This document shows positions 9,613-19,352 of a stretch of 64,000 bases of DNA, piece after piece. The position numbers and the translations under genes were made by a program. Positions within the stretch are counted from its first letter, which is position 1. Each line of letters opens with the position of its first letter. The notes beneath the pieces are model-generated. The model searched no databases. It had not been told where the DNA came from and saw only the letters and a program-made list of their open reading frames with translations. Origin of the DNA: a virus. The stretch is from IMG/VR virus record IMGVR_UViG_3300034284_003265, positions 27,194 through 91,193 of that record; one strand, written 5' to 3'.

Positions 9613-9709
9613 TATTCTTGAATGACACAGATGTGTTATTCACTATAGTGCTCGAGTGAGGCTATTAGGTTAATAAGTTCAACAGAATTATTAAAAGAAA
9701 GGTAAATAT

Positions 9710-10192
9710 ATGTCAGTAATTAGATACAATCCGGCGTTTCGCCATTTAAATCGTGATGAGTTTTTAACTCCATTCGATAAGTTGTTTGATGAAGTATTCA
9801 CTTCACAATTCCCAGAAATCACAAAAGAACTAGGTATAGGATTCTTTGAAAAACAAAGTTATCCCCGTGTAGATGTGATTGATTACAATGATCGTGTAGA
9901 AATTTTAGCAGAAATTCCAGGTCTGTCTAAAGAAGAAGTATCAGTTGATGTACAAGAAAACGTACTTACTATTAGCGGTCAAAAGATTCGAAAACTTGAA
10001 GATACAGATCTACAAGATCGCAGATACATTCGTAGAGAATTAAAACATAGTAGTTTCAAACGTAGTTTTACGTTAGGCGATATCATTGATAAAGACGAAC
10101 CATTGGCTAAATTTGAAAATGGTTTGTTGACAGTCACTCTTAATAAGTTGAAACCAACTGTACCGACAAGTAAGAAAGTAAAGATTGATTAA
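9710..10192 (+). CDS. hsp20: small heat shock protein (Hsp20/alpha-crystallin)
   Basis: YPRVDV, AEIPGLSKEEV, VLTISG, SFKRSF and AKFENGLLTV motifs; SD-like AGAAAGG. Confidence 0.95.
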   Translation: MSVIRYNPAFRHLNRDEFLTPFDKLFDEVFTSQFPEITKELGIGFFEKQSYPRVDVIDYNDRVEILAEIPGLSKEEVSVDVQENVLTISGQKIRKLEDTDLQDRRYIRRELKHSSFKRSFTLGDIIDKDEPLAKFENGLLTVTLNKLKPTVPTSKKVKID

Positions 10193-10216
10193 GTAATATT
10201 CAATCAAGGTTATATT

Positions 10217-10245
10217 AACCCCGTTATTAAATTAACGGGGTTTTT
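10217..10245 (+). terminator. intrinsic terminator
   Basis: AACCCCGTTA-TTAAAT-TAACGGGGTT followed by T tract. Confidence 0.85.
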
Positions 10246-10267
10246 AATTTTACAGATATTTATATAT

Positions 10268-11281
10268 ATGATAAAATTTCAACATTTGGTACTATTTACT
10301 TCACTTTTGATAGCTGGATGTGCAGCTTACTTTAGTGTATATGGTATAGGACTATTATTCTCTGGCGCAACTATTGCTGCTATGGTAATGGCATCTTCTT
10401 TGGAACTCGGTAAACTTGTAACAACTTCTTGGTTATTTAGATATTGGAATAAATCCAATGTTTTGATGAAGACTTATATGATCGTAGCTATATTTGCTTT
10501 GATGGGTATAACTTCATTGGGTATATTTGGATTTTTAACAGCGGCTTTTCAAAAGTCATCGTTAGAAACAGAATTGTCCGTAAATAAAATCTCTACATTA
10601 GAAACTCAAAAAATTGAAGAAAAGTTAAAAATGGACTCTGTAAAAAAGTCCATTGAAAAAATTTATGCATTGAGAAGTTCTCAAGAATCTAGATTAACCG
10701 AAGTGTTAACTAATACATTGATAGCTAGAAATCCTATTCAATTACAGAATATACAAAATCAAATTAATGATCAAATTGGCGACTTAAACAAACAATTGGA
10801 ATCTGAAAACGAAAAGTCTAAAATATATGGAGACAAAGTTTCAAAAATCGATGAAGAAATTTTCAAGTTAAAAGTTGATAATAGTCAGAAAAAAGATATT
10901 ACCACTTTTAAATTCGTAGCGGATCAATTTAGTACAACGATTCAAAATGTTGTTAAGTGGTTTATTGCTGTATTAATTGCTGTATTTGATCCATTGGCAG
11001 TTATACTACTATTAGCATATAACATTTCTTCAAATAGAGTTTATGACGAAGAAAAATTAGAAAGTGTTCAAGAAAACAAAGATATTTCCCAAAATAAACC
11101 CGAACAAATCATCATAGAAAAAATAGTGGAGAAGCCTGTTGAGGTTGAAAAGATTATTGAAAAACCAGTAGAAATTGAAAAAATAGTGGAGAAGCCTGTT
11201 GAGGTTGAAAAGATAGTGGAGAAAATAATAGAGAAACCTGCTAAAAAATCTACGGGTGTAAGAGGAATGTTCAGTTTTTAA
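10268..11281 (+). CDS. membrane protein: about 3 N-terminal TMs, a coiled coil, a further TM and EKIVEKPV repeats
   Basis: hydrophobic segments, 'LELGKLV' and 'VFDPLAV', C-terminal repeats. Confidence 0.85.
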   Translation: MIKFQHLVLFTSLLIAGCAAYFSVYGIGLLFSGATIAAMVMASSLELGKLVTTSWLFRYWNKSNVLMKTYMIVAIFALMGITSLGIFGFLTAAFQKSSLETELSVNKISTLETQKIEEKLKMDSVKKSIEKIYALRSSQESRLTEVLTNTLIARNPIQLQNIQNQINDQIGDLNKQLESENEKSKIYGDKVSKIDEEIFKLKVDNSQKKDITTFKFVADQFSTTIQNVVKWFIAVLIAVFDPLAVILLLAYNISSNRVYDEEKLESVQENKDISQNKPEQIIIEKIVEKPVEVEKIIEKPVEIEKIVEKPVEVEKIVEKIIEKPAKKSTGVRGMFSF

Positions 11282-11330
11282 ATAAAAAAATAATTTTTCT
11301 TTATTCTACTATATATGTAAATACACGTAT

Positions 11331-11480
11331 ATGGACGAAGAAGAAATTTTTAAATTATATAAGAATCTAAAAAGAGGATTCGATTTATCTGATTGGGACT
11401 TAGTAGAAGAATCAATTGAGTATTTAGCTGAATACATTGACTTAGGCGACGAAGACGAAACTTTTGACGAATTAAACTAA
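11331..11480 (+). CDS. 49-aa acidic hypothetical protein (absent from the ORF track)
   Basis: MDEEEIFKLYKNLKRGFDLSDWDLVEESIEYLAEYIDLGDEDETFDELN*; TAATG coupling to the next gene. Confidence 0.7.
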   Translation: MDEEEIFKLYKNLKRGFDLSDWDLVEESIEYLAEYIDLGDEDETFDELN

Positions 11481-11794
11481 TGATATATGTTATATTGATA
11501 GCATTATTGGCATCACTAATAGTGAATATTTTTTTATTAGTGGCCCTTAAAAAGTCTTTTGAACAAATAGACCAATTGGAGTCTTGGTTATTAGAATTCA
11601 AATTGCTTGTAAAAAATACATATAATAAGTTGAAATTTGTTGATGATCGGGGTATCTTTGTTAAAGATGATGATGTTGGCTTTTTATTTACAGATCTGCT
11701 TAATATCATCGAACTAACGAATAAAAGAATTCAAACTGATGATAATGATAAACCCACCGCTATTAATGAAAAAAACAAAATCGAAACCTTCTAA
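11480..11794 (+). CDS. hypothetical protein with N-terminal TM anchor
   Basis: hydrophobic first ~22 residues followed by a coiled coil. Confidence 0.75.
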   Translation: MIYVILIALLASLIVNIFLLVALKKSFEQIDQLESWLLEFKLLVKNTYNKLKFVDDRGIFVKDDDVGFLFTDLLNIIELTNKRIQTDDNDKPTAINEKNKIETF

Positions 11795-12728
11795 AAAAAT
11801 AAAGAAGATCGCTGTTACTAAAGACAGTGTTAAAAAAATTAAGAAAGTAGTAAAGAAGGTTAAATCGGTAAAAAAACCTAAAATTACCATCGATATTGTT
11901 ATTACAAAAAAAGAAAAAACTCCCAAGACTATTTCTAATATAGAAGTTCCAAGAACAATTCAAATAGAACATATAGCAGATAATGCCTCTGACTCACACG
12001 AAGAATCTGCTTTTGACATTAACGGAGAACGTAAAAAACGTCGTGGTAGAAATAAGAAAGAAAAGATATATTTTTCCAAGAAAACTGAAGATGCTATTAT
12101 TGAATACAACAATGAAGAAGATGAAGTAAGACGAAATGAAATTTATGAAACAAAGATAAAGTTTAGTTTTGATAAATTAGTAGAAAATATATTTAATACA
12201 TTTAAATTCACGTATTTTGACAATAGTCCATTGGAAATTCAGAAAGAAACTGTTTCACATTTAGTAACAAATATTCATAAATTTCAAGCTGGAAAAGGAA
12301 AAGCATTTAGTTATTTCAGTATTGTAGCTAAAAATTATTTGATATTTCACAACAATAACAATTATAAGAAATTCAACCAACACGTAGATATTAGTGAAAC
12401 ACCAAGCGAATCATCGGTTTGTTTACAAACAGAAGATGCACATCATAAAGATATTCAGACTCAAGAATTTATGAAGTTGATTGTAAATTATTGGGAAGCA
12501 AATATAACTAAGATTTTCAATAAACAAAAAGATTTAAATATTGCATACGCCGTTATAGAACTATTCAGAAACTGTGAAAGAATAGAAAATTTCAACAAAA
12601 AAACTTTGTACCTGTATATCAGAGAATTGAGTAATTGTAAAACCCAACAAATTACAAAAGTTATCAACAAAATGAAAACATATCAAAACCTCGTAATGAG
12701 AAATTATAGTAATAGAGGAACATTATAA
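11739..12728 (+). CDS. gp55-like late-transcription sigma factor with Lys-rich N-terminal extension (start may be 11766)
   Basis: 'IHKFQAGKGKAFSYFSIVAKNYL' matches the sigma region 2 pattern of T4 gp55-type proteins. Confidence 0.7.
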   Translation: MIMINPPLLMKKTKSKPSKKIKKIAVTKDSVKKIKKVVKKVKSVKKPKITIDIVITKKEKTPKTISNIEVPRTIQIEHIADNASDSHEESAFDINGERKKRRGRNKKEKIYFSKKTEDAIIEYNNEEDEVRRNEIYETKIKFSFDKLVENIFNTFKFTYFDNSPLEIQKETVSHLVTNIHKFQAGKGKAFSYFSIVAKNYLIFHNNNNYKKFNQHVDISETPSESSVCLQTEDAHHKDIQTQEFMKLIVNYWEANITKIFNKQKDLNIAYAVIELFRNCERIENFNKKTLYLYIRELSNCKTQQITKVINKMKTYQNLVMRNYSNRGTL

Positions 12729-12744
12729 TATCTAAATTGTTAAT

Positions 12745-12771
12745 AAAACCACTCCGATTGGAGTGGTTTTT
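12745..12771 (+). terminator. intrinsic terminator
   Basis: AAAACCACTCC-GATT-GGAGTGGTTTT. Confidence 0.85.
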
Positions 12772-12772
12772 C

Positions 12773-12780
12773 TATTTATA
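12773..12780 (+). promoter_or_regulatory. putative phage late promoter TATTTATA (representative copy)
   Basis: immediately after a terminator and 5 nt before the ATG; motif recurs before about 20 genes. Confidence 0.7.
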
Positions 12781-12785
12781 GGTAT

Positions 12786-13127
12786 ATGGACTTAAATTTT
12801 GAAATTTACAAAGGGAAGAATTTTTCTGGTCTTTGTAAAGACATAGTAAAAAATTCAGAGAATAAGAAAGATCAAATTGATATTTTGATCTCAGAATTAC
12901 GCACTTTAATTAAAACTGTAAATGATGCTGTAATCATCGTACCTCTTATCAAAGATTATTACGATGTGGGAATTAAAAACGACGAACAGTTAGTTAAATT
13001 AGCCGCAGTAGTACAAAGATTGGTCGCAAAAGGAGAATCTACTGGAGAAGGCAATGCTATGGTTCTCAGTGAAGATGAAAGAAAACAGTTAATGGAAGAA
13101 GTTATAACAATTAGCAAAGGAGAATAA
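12786..13127 (+). CDS. helical hypothetical protein
   Basis: 113-aa ORF with TAATG coupling to the spike gene. Confidence 0.8.
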   Translation: MDLNFEIYKGKNFSGLCKDIVKNSENKKDQIDILISELRTLIKTVNDAVIIVPLIKDYYDVGIKNDEQLVKLAAVVQRLVAKGESTGEGNAMVLSEDERKQLMEEVITISKGE

Positions 13128-14833
13128 TGAGTACGAATGTATCAAGTATAGTTAGATCGTTAAATCCTTCTACTTCAACTGTTATGAATACATCTATCAG
13201 TAATATAGATGCTAATTTTTTGAAATTGGCGGTTGTAGTTGATATTATTTTAGATGACAAACATCCATTCTTTGGAAAAACTACAACAGATAAAAATTCA
13301 CAACCTCCTCCGACCGTAAGATACCAACAGATACCGGTAAATTACGATAATAAAATACCAGTGGCAACAGATACCGATTTTAGTTATATTGGAAGAGCTA
13401 AAATTCGTGTTTTAAGTGAGGAAAAACAAACTGCTTATGATAAGCTACCATGGGCTATTCCGTTGGAGAACACTATTACTCAGTTTCCATTATTAAACGA
13501 AACAGTTTTAGTTATAAAAATAGGAGATAACTATTACTACACGAAACCATTTAATCGTTTAAACTTTTTGGGTACAAATGGAGAGTTTATAACTGAAAAA
13601 TCAAGTAGTGACGATGGTAAAAGTGCAATTGCATACTTACAACCCAAGAGCCGAAAAAGCTATGTAAGTCATCCAGCATTTATAAATCAAAATCAAACGG
13701 GATATTTTGGTAATTATTTTATATGTAATCCATTCATACGTAGTGTACGTCAATTTGAAGGAGATACCATAGTAGAAAGTAGGTTCGGACAATCTATAAG
13801 ATTTAGTGCGTATGATGATAATCGTTCGAATGATAAAGGTGCTTATCCATCTTATGCTTTAAACGGAAATCTATTTAAAGATTCAGTTGATGGTGGATAT
13901 GGAAATCCTAAACTAACTATACGCAATAGACAACGTAATATTGCTCAAAAAACCGCACAACAGTTACATCCTAAACTTCCTCCTATACCAGCTATAACTG
14001 AAAAGGAGAAGAATTATGGTGGTCAGATTGATGAAGATATAAATAATGATGGTAGTACTATTCAGTTTACCAGTGGAAATACTTTAAGTACTTGGCAAAC
14101 AACTGTATATAAAAGTATATTTGGTGTTAATAGTGAAAATAAGCCTACAGAAGAACAACCACGATTTAATCCTAAAGGATCAACATCTTTTAAATTTCCT
14201 ACTTTAGATCGTGATCAAATTGTAATAAATTCTGATAGATTAATATTAAGTAGTAGATTTGCAGAGACCCTACACTTTAGTAAAAAACGATATGCTGTAA
14301 CTACCGATAGTGAATATACAGTTGATGCTAATGATCAAGTTGTTATAACCACTAACAATGTAACTACTATAAATTCTCCACAGATATTTTTGGGTCAATA
14401 TGGAGAAACTAATGAACCTGCTTTATTGGGCCAAACAACTGTAGATTGGATGTATGATCTTTGTAATTGGTTGTTGGATCACGTACACTGGTATCATCAC
14501 GTTCATCCACATCCACATGGTCACGTAGATGCTGGTAAAATTGATGCAGAAAATACGAATGATGCAAATCCAGATCAAACACAAATACCAGTACAACAAA
14601 TTAAGCTTAAATTACTAAGAGATAATTTGCATAAAACGTTAAGTAGACGAGTATTCGTTACTGGAGGTGGTTATGCGCCTGGTAGTAATGGAGTTAAACC
14701 AACTGGAAGTGGTGGAGAGTGTAAAGATCCAGTAGAAATTAATACTGTTACAGGAGCTGGAGTTGTGGGTGATTTCAAAGGTAGAAATCGTCGTGAAGGT
14801 CCAGTACAAGTTGAATTTGAATTTGAGGATTAA
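13127..14833 (+). CDS. baseplate hub/central spike (gp5/gpV-like)
   Basis: OB-fold pattern (GRAKIRV...LPWAIP...PLLNETVLV), 'EGD...ESRFGQSIRF', beta-strand repeats and HxH tip motifs; upstream of gp25/gp6. Confidence 0.7.
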   Translation: MSTNVSSIVRSLNPSTSTVMNTSISNIDANFLKLAVVVDIILDDKHPFFGKTTTDKNSQPPPTVRYQQIPVNYDNKIPVATDTDFSYIGRAKIRVLSEEKQTAYDKLPWAIPLENTITQFPLLNETVLVIKIGDNYYYTKPFNRLNFLGTNGEFITEKSSSDDGKSAIAYLQPKSRKSYVSHPAFINQNQTGYFGNYFICNPFIRSVRQFEGDTIVESRFGQSIRFSAYDDNRSNDKGAYPSYALNGNLFKDSVDGGYGNPKLTIRNRQRNIAQKTAQQLHPKLPPIPAITEKEKNYGGQIDEDINNDGSTIQFTSGNTLSTWQTTVYKSIFGVNSENKPTEEQPRFNPKGSTSFKFPTLDRDQIVINSDRLILSSRFAETLHFSKKRYAVTTDSEYTVDANDQVVITTNNVTTINSPQIFLGQYGETNEPALLGQTTVDWMYDLCNWLLDHVHWYHHVHPHPHGHVDAGKIDAENTNDANPDQTQIPVQQIKLKLLRDNLHKTLSRRVFVTGGGYAPGSNGVKPTGSGGECKDPVEINTVTGAGVVGDFKGRNRREGPVQVEFEFED

Positions 14834-14836
14834 TAT

Positions 14837-16477
14837 ATGGCATTACAAGTAGTAGACATATTTGGCAATTTACAACCAGCAACTGGAAGAACTTTTCCAA
14901 AAAACTCTTTGGAAATAATTCCATATTTTAACAAATATAAAACCGGTGTTGGAGCTGTATTTAAAATAAATCCACAGGGCACATCTGTTAGTGATGATAA
15001 TAAAATAAAGCCAGAGTCCTATCAATCGTTATATGAATTTTATAGTCCTACTGAATTATTGAATAATGGATATGCACAAATTGGAGATAATAAGTATATT
15101 AAAATTTATAAAAAATACGATAGAACTTTTCAATTTTTTCAAAATTATTTTACAGAAACTTATACGCCAAAATCAGGAGGAACTCCTAAAATAAACGTAT
15201 TCGTCGATTTGGAGAAATATCCAATATTTAATGAAAGCATAGGCGATAGACTTTCTTGTTTAGCACAATATGATTCTATCAAATCTTCGACACTATCCAA
15301 TACACAACTTGGTTTTAGACGATTTTTTAACGTTCAAGCATTCAACTGGCCAACTGTTACAGACGCATTCAATTACGAATTTTCGTATAATCGATCATTA
15401 AATAGTGTTAAAGCTGACGTAAATTATATATTTGAAGAAATTAAAAATAAAGTTTCTTCGGGTCAACTTGATAAGAAACTAGTACCAGATTGCTTTTTAC
15501 CTGATCCTGATCCAGCATTACCAGGACCTCCTACACAAGCAATTAATGGTGTAGCAAATAAAGCTCCTGTAGTAGATAATCCTAATTTAAAACTACCGTC
15601 CCAAGAAGTAAAGGGGTTAGACGCAAATGCAGCACAACAAGCAGCATCACAAGCGCAAGGCGCAGCAAGTAATGCTGCATCTCAAGTACAAAGTGCGGCC
15701 GGTGGATTGACTAGCCAAGTACAAGGCGTCGCTGGTCAAGCTCAAGGTGCAATTGGTGGTGCTCAAGAATCAGCAGGAGGCGTGCTTAGTAATTTATCAT
15801 CCGGAGTTAAAGGTGCAATTGGAGGAGGAGCTTTAGGAGCTGGTATTGGAGCATTAGCCGGTGGCGGTAAAGGAGCATTAATAGGAGCCGGTGCTGGATT
15901 GGTTGCGGGTGGTGTAGCTGGTAAAGTATTTGATAAACTAAATCCTAAAGGTATTAAACCAGATGGGTTGGGTAAGGATTGGTCTCCAGATAAGTTTAGT
16001 CCTGAATCTATAGCTGGAAATGATAAATTTGTAAATGCTAAAACAGGTATGGTTGAATCTACGTCTGAATTAGCTAAAGGATTAAAAGGTGGATTGTTAG
16101 GTGGTGCTCTTGGAGCCGGTATTGGAGCATTAGCCGGTGGTGGTAAGGGAGCATTAATAGGTGGATTAAGTGGTACTGCACTTGGTACCGGATTATCTGT
16201 TGGAGGTGTAACAGGAGGAGCTTTAGCAGGTGGTGGGTTAGGGGCCGGAATCGGAGGAATAGTGGGAGGTGGAAAAGGAGCTGTAATTGGTGCCGTTTCA
16301 GGAGGAGCAGTTGGGGCGGCTGCAGCTAAATTAGCGAGTGTACAAAAAGGAATGCCTAAACCAAATATACCAAAACCACCTAGTACACCACGCATCAAGA
16401 CAGTCAAAATACCAAGACCATCAAATCCAAAAGGTGCAACAGATTTATTAAATTTACCTAAATCTCCGTTGGGTTAA
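14837..16477 (+). CDS. glycine-zipper protein in the baseplate module
   Basis: repeated GGALGAGIGALAGGGKGALIG units, A/Q-rich linker, P/K-rich tail. Confidence 0.8.
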   Translation: MALQVVDIFGNLQPATGRTFPKNSLEIIPYFNKYKTGVGAVFKINPQGTSVSDDNKIKPESYQSLYEFYSPTELLNNGYAQIGDNKYIKIYKKYDRTFQFFQNYFTETYTPKSGGTPKINVFVDLEKYPIFNESIGDRLSCLAQYDSIKSSTLSNTQLGFRRFFNVQAFNWPTVTDAFNYEFSYNRSLNSVKADVNYIFEEIKNKVSSGQLDKKLVPDCFLPDPDPALPGPPTQAINGVANKAPVVDNPNLKLPSQEVKGLDANAAQQAASQAQGAASNAASQVQSAAGGLTSQVQGVAGQAQGAIGGAQESAGGVLSNLSSGVKGAIGGGALGAGIGALAGGGKGALIGAGAGLVAGGVAGKVFDKLNPKGIKPDGLGKDWSPDKFSPESIAGNDKFVNAKTGMVESTSELAKGLKGGLLGGALGAGIGALAGGGKGALIGGLSGTALGTGLSVGGVTGGALAGGGLGAGIGGIVGGGKGAVIGAVSGGAVGAAAAKLASVQKGMPKPNIPKPPSTPRIKTVKIPRPSNPKGATDLLNLPKSPLG

Positions 16478-16494
16478 TAATTATATATAATAGT

Positions 16495-16965
16495 ATGAAA
16501 ATAGAAGTATTAAAAGAATTCATCAAGAAAACGGTACAACAAGAAGTACGTAATGTAATACACTCTGAAATTAAACTTCAATTGGCAGAAATATTTTCCA
16601 AAGAAGTTGGTCAGAATAAGAAAAAGTCATCTGAATCTGACTTGGAACAACAAATTCTCAAAGAGTTGGAAACTATGGATGATGTTCAAGTTATCGAAGA
16701 GGAAGTTAAACCGGTCAAAAAGTTTGTAAAATATACAAACAATCCAATGTTGAATGATATTTTGAATCAAACTACAGGCGGAGTACCACAAGAAGGTGGT
16801 TTGGTTAGTATGATGGGAGGACTTGGCGGTGGATCAACACAAGTAATTGCGGAAGCAAAAGCTCCAGAGAATGCTCCTGAACCAGTAAAAAGTGTTTATA
16901 GTGCTATGAATAGAGATTATAGATCACTAATGAAAGCGGTAAACAAAAAACGTGGCGACAAGTAA
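16495..16965 (+). CDS. hypothetical protein
   Basis: 156-aa ORF within the structural operon. Confidence 0.8.
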   Translation: MKIEVLKEFIKKTVQQEVRNVIHSEIKLQLAEIFSKEVGQNKKKSSESDLEQQILKELETMDDVQVIEEEVKPVKKFVKYTNNPMLNDILNQTTGGVPQEGGLVSMMGGLGGGSTQVIAEAKAPENAPEPVKSVYSAMNRDYRSLMKAVNKKRGDK

Positions 16966-16970
16966 AATAA

Positions 16971-17372
16971 ATGGCAACTCCAACCAAATCTATAGGTTTA
17001 TCATTACCAATACAACTTGGTAATCAAGGTTATTTTAACACAAATAAAGATACGATCTCACAGATTGGTACAAATATTCAAAATTTATTGTTAACTATTC
17101 CTGGAGAAAGAAGATTTAATAATACATTTGGATCTGGATTATACAATTTATTATTTAATAATATAGGAGATGATATATCAAATGATATCATTATTGATGT
17201 AATTCAACGTGACGTTGACAAATTTATGCCTGGCACAACAATATTGAAAGTGGAACTATCTCCAATTCAACCAGATAATAATAGTAAAAATTCGATATTT
17301 ATAAGTATTACCTTTAGATATAACAATACTGTGGGTGAAACCGAGTTTAACTTGGAAACTAATAAAATCTAA
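16971..17372 (+). CDS. baseplate wedge protein, gp25/GPW-like
   Basis: 'NIQNLLLTIPGERRFNNTFGSGL' signature. Confidence 0.9.
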   Translation: MATPTKSIGLSLPIQLGNQGYFNTNKDTISQIGTNIQNLLLTIPGERRFNNTFGSGLYNLLFNNIGDDISNDIIIDVIQRDVDKFMPGTTILKVELSPIQPDNNSKNSIFISITFRYNNTVGETEFNLETNKI

Positions 17373-19351
17373 TGTCAACGCTAATTAACAAAACATTTGA
17401 CGCGAATACAAAAGATGTAAATTATCTTAATAGAGATTTTACGTCTTTACGTCAACAACTAATTGATTTCACAAAACAATACTATCCACAAAGTTATAAA
17501 GATTTTAGTGAAAGTTCTCCAGGTCAAATTTTTATAGACCAAGCGGCGTATGTTGGAGATGTATTATCTTACTATACAGATCAGCAATTTTTCGAAAGTT
17601 ATATTCAATTTGCTCAAGATCGTAGAAATATTATAAATTCGGCTAAATATTTGGGTTATAAACCAAAAGTGTCTTCAGCATCTTCATCTGATGTTGATGT
17701 ATTCCAATTATTACCATCTATTCGTACCAAGGATAATGAATATATTCCAGATGAACGTTATTGTTTGATACTACAACCATTTTCACAACTATCTAGTACG
17801 CCAGGAGTCAATTTCGTAATAGAAGAAAGTATAGATTTTAGTCAAGATACTAAATTTTCCCCTAGAGAAATAACTGTGTATAGCCGTGATAACACAGGTG
17901 CTCCTCAATTCTATCTAATCAAGAAAGCAGCTAAAGCTTATTCTGGAACAGTAATTACTAAACAAGTTAGTGTGGCGGATCAAGTGCCTTTTTATAGTCT
18001 AATATTAGATGAAACGAATGTTCTTAAAATTATAAGTGTAATTGATAGTAATAACAACAATTACTACGAAGTAAATTATTTAGCTCAAGACACAATTCCA
18101 ATTGAAGTTGATAACGTACCACTAAACAATCAAACTCTATCTCCATACAGAAGTGAAACTCCTAAAATTCTAAAGTATTTGAGAACAGAAAAACGTTTTG
18201 TTACCGTTGTCGATGAAAATAATAAAACTACTTTACAATTTGGTGCAAATACTGAAAATTTTGAGAATACTATTGTTATACCAAATCCTACTAATGTTGG
18301 CGTAGCACTATCTAATTTAAAAAATCTAAACATTTCATTGGATAATACTAATGCGTTAAAAGAAAAGTCGTATGGTATGTCTCCATCTAATACGACATTG
18401 ACTATAACGTATGTTATAGGCGGAGGTTTAAATTCAAACGTAAACTCTGGGGAAATCAACAAGATTTTAGGAATTTCTTATTTAAATGATACTACATCAT
18501 TAACTGACAGCGAAGTTATATTATTGAATACTATAAAAAATTCTTTAAGAGTAAACAATATAGAGGCTGCTACAGGCGGTGACGATGCTGAATCTGACGA
18601 AGAAATTAGACAAAATGCAATGTTGAATTTTTCCACACAAAATCGTATGGTTACAGAAGACGATTTCTTGTTGAGAATTTATGCATTGCCACCGCAATTA
18701 GGCAATATAGCTAAAGCGTTTGTACAAAGTAATTTAACTAGAGAAGTTCAATATAATGGATTGATTAGTGGTATTTTAAATACAGAAAACAATTCAACTG
18801 TAAATTTAGCTCCATTAAATCCTCTTGACAGAAAGAAATTCTTACAGTCAAATAGCCCATTTACTAATAATTTATATTTGCTTGGATATGATGCAAATAA
18901 AAATTTAACACAAGTAAATCCAGCAACTCTTCAAAATCTAACCACATATATTCAGAACTATAAGATTCTGACAGATAAGATTAATATCATCGATGGTTAC
19001 ATAATCAACATTGGAGTTGAATTTAAAATAACTGTATTTAAAGGATTTAATAAATCTGAAGTGTTAAATAACTGTATACAATCTGTAAAATCATTTTTTG
19101 ATATAGATAAATGGAGTTTTAACCAACCAATAAATTTAAGTCAAATAAATTTCGAGATAATGCAAAATGAAGGCGTTCAATCCGTGAGCGACATTGTTAT
19201 AAAAAACTTAACTATTGATGACGGTAATTATTCTTCCGTTGCATACAATATTAGTATCGCGACACAAAATAATATAGTGTATCCACCAAAGGATCCTGCT
19301 GTATTTGAAGTTAAGTTTCCAGATTCTGACATAAAAGGACTTGTAGTATAA
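17372..19351 (+). CDS. baseplate wedge protein, gp6-like
   Basis: DFTSLRQQL, AYVGDVLSYY, AKYLGYKP, GGDDAES and QNRMVTEDDF motifs. Confidence 0.9.
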   Translation: MSTLINKTFDANTKDVNYLNRDFTSLRQQLIDFTKQYYPQSYKDFSESSPGQIFIDQAAYVGDVLSYYTDQQFFESYIQFAQDRRNIINSAKYLGYKPKVSSASSSDVDVFQLLPSIRTKDNEYIPDERYCLILQPFSQLSSTPGVNFVIEESIDFSQDTKFSPREITVYSRDNTGAPQFYLIKKAAKAYSGTVITKQVSVADQVPFYSLILDETNVLKIISVIDSNNNNYYEVNYLAQDTIPIEVDNVPLNNQTLSPYRSETPKILKYLRTEKRFVTVVDENNKTTLQFGANTENFENTIVIPNPTNVGVALSNLKNLNISLDNTNALKEKSYGMSPSNTTLTITYVIGGGLNSNVNSGEINKILGISYLNDTTSLTDSEVILLNTIKNSLRVNNIEAATGGDDAESDEEIRQNAMLNFSTQNRMVTEDDFLLRIYALPPQLGNIAKAFVQSNLTREVQYNGLISGILNTENNSTVNLAPLNPLDRKKFLQSNSPFTNNLYLLGYDANKNLTQVNPATLQNLTTYIQNYKILTDKINIIDGYIINIGVEFKITVFKGFNKSEVLNNCIQSVKSFFDIDKWSFNQPINLSQINFEIMQNEGVQSVSDIVIKNLTIDDGNYSSVAYNISIATQNNIVYPPKDPAVFEVKFPDSDIKGLVV

Positions 19352-19352
19352 T

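Noticed and set aside
9635-9670. CIRCE (HrcA) operator upstream of hsp20
   Set aside because: No TTAGCACTC-N9-GAGTGCTAA match
15763-16407. 214-aa Pro/Ala-rich minus-strand ORF
   Set aside because: Antisense shadow of the glycine-zipper codons; the same applies to ORFs such as 6464-6886 and 60636-60965
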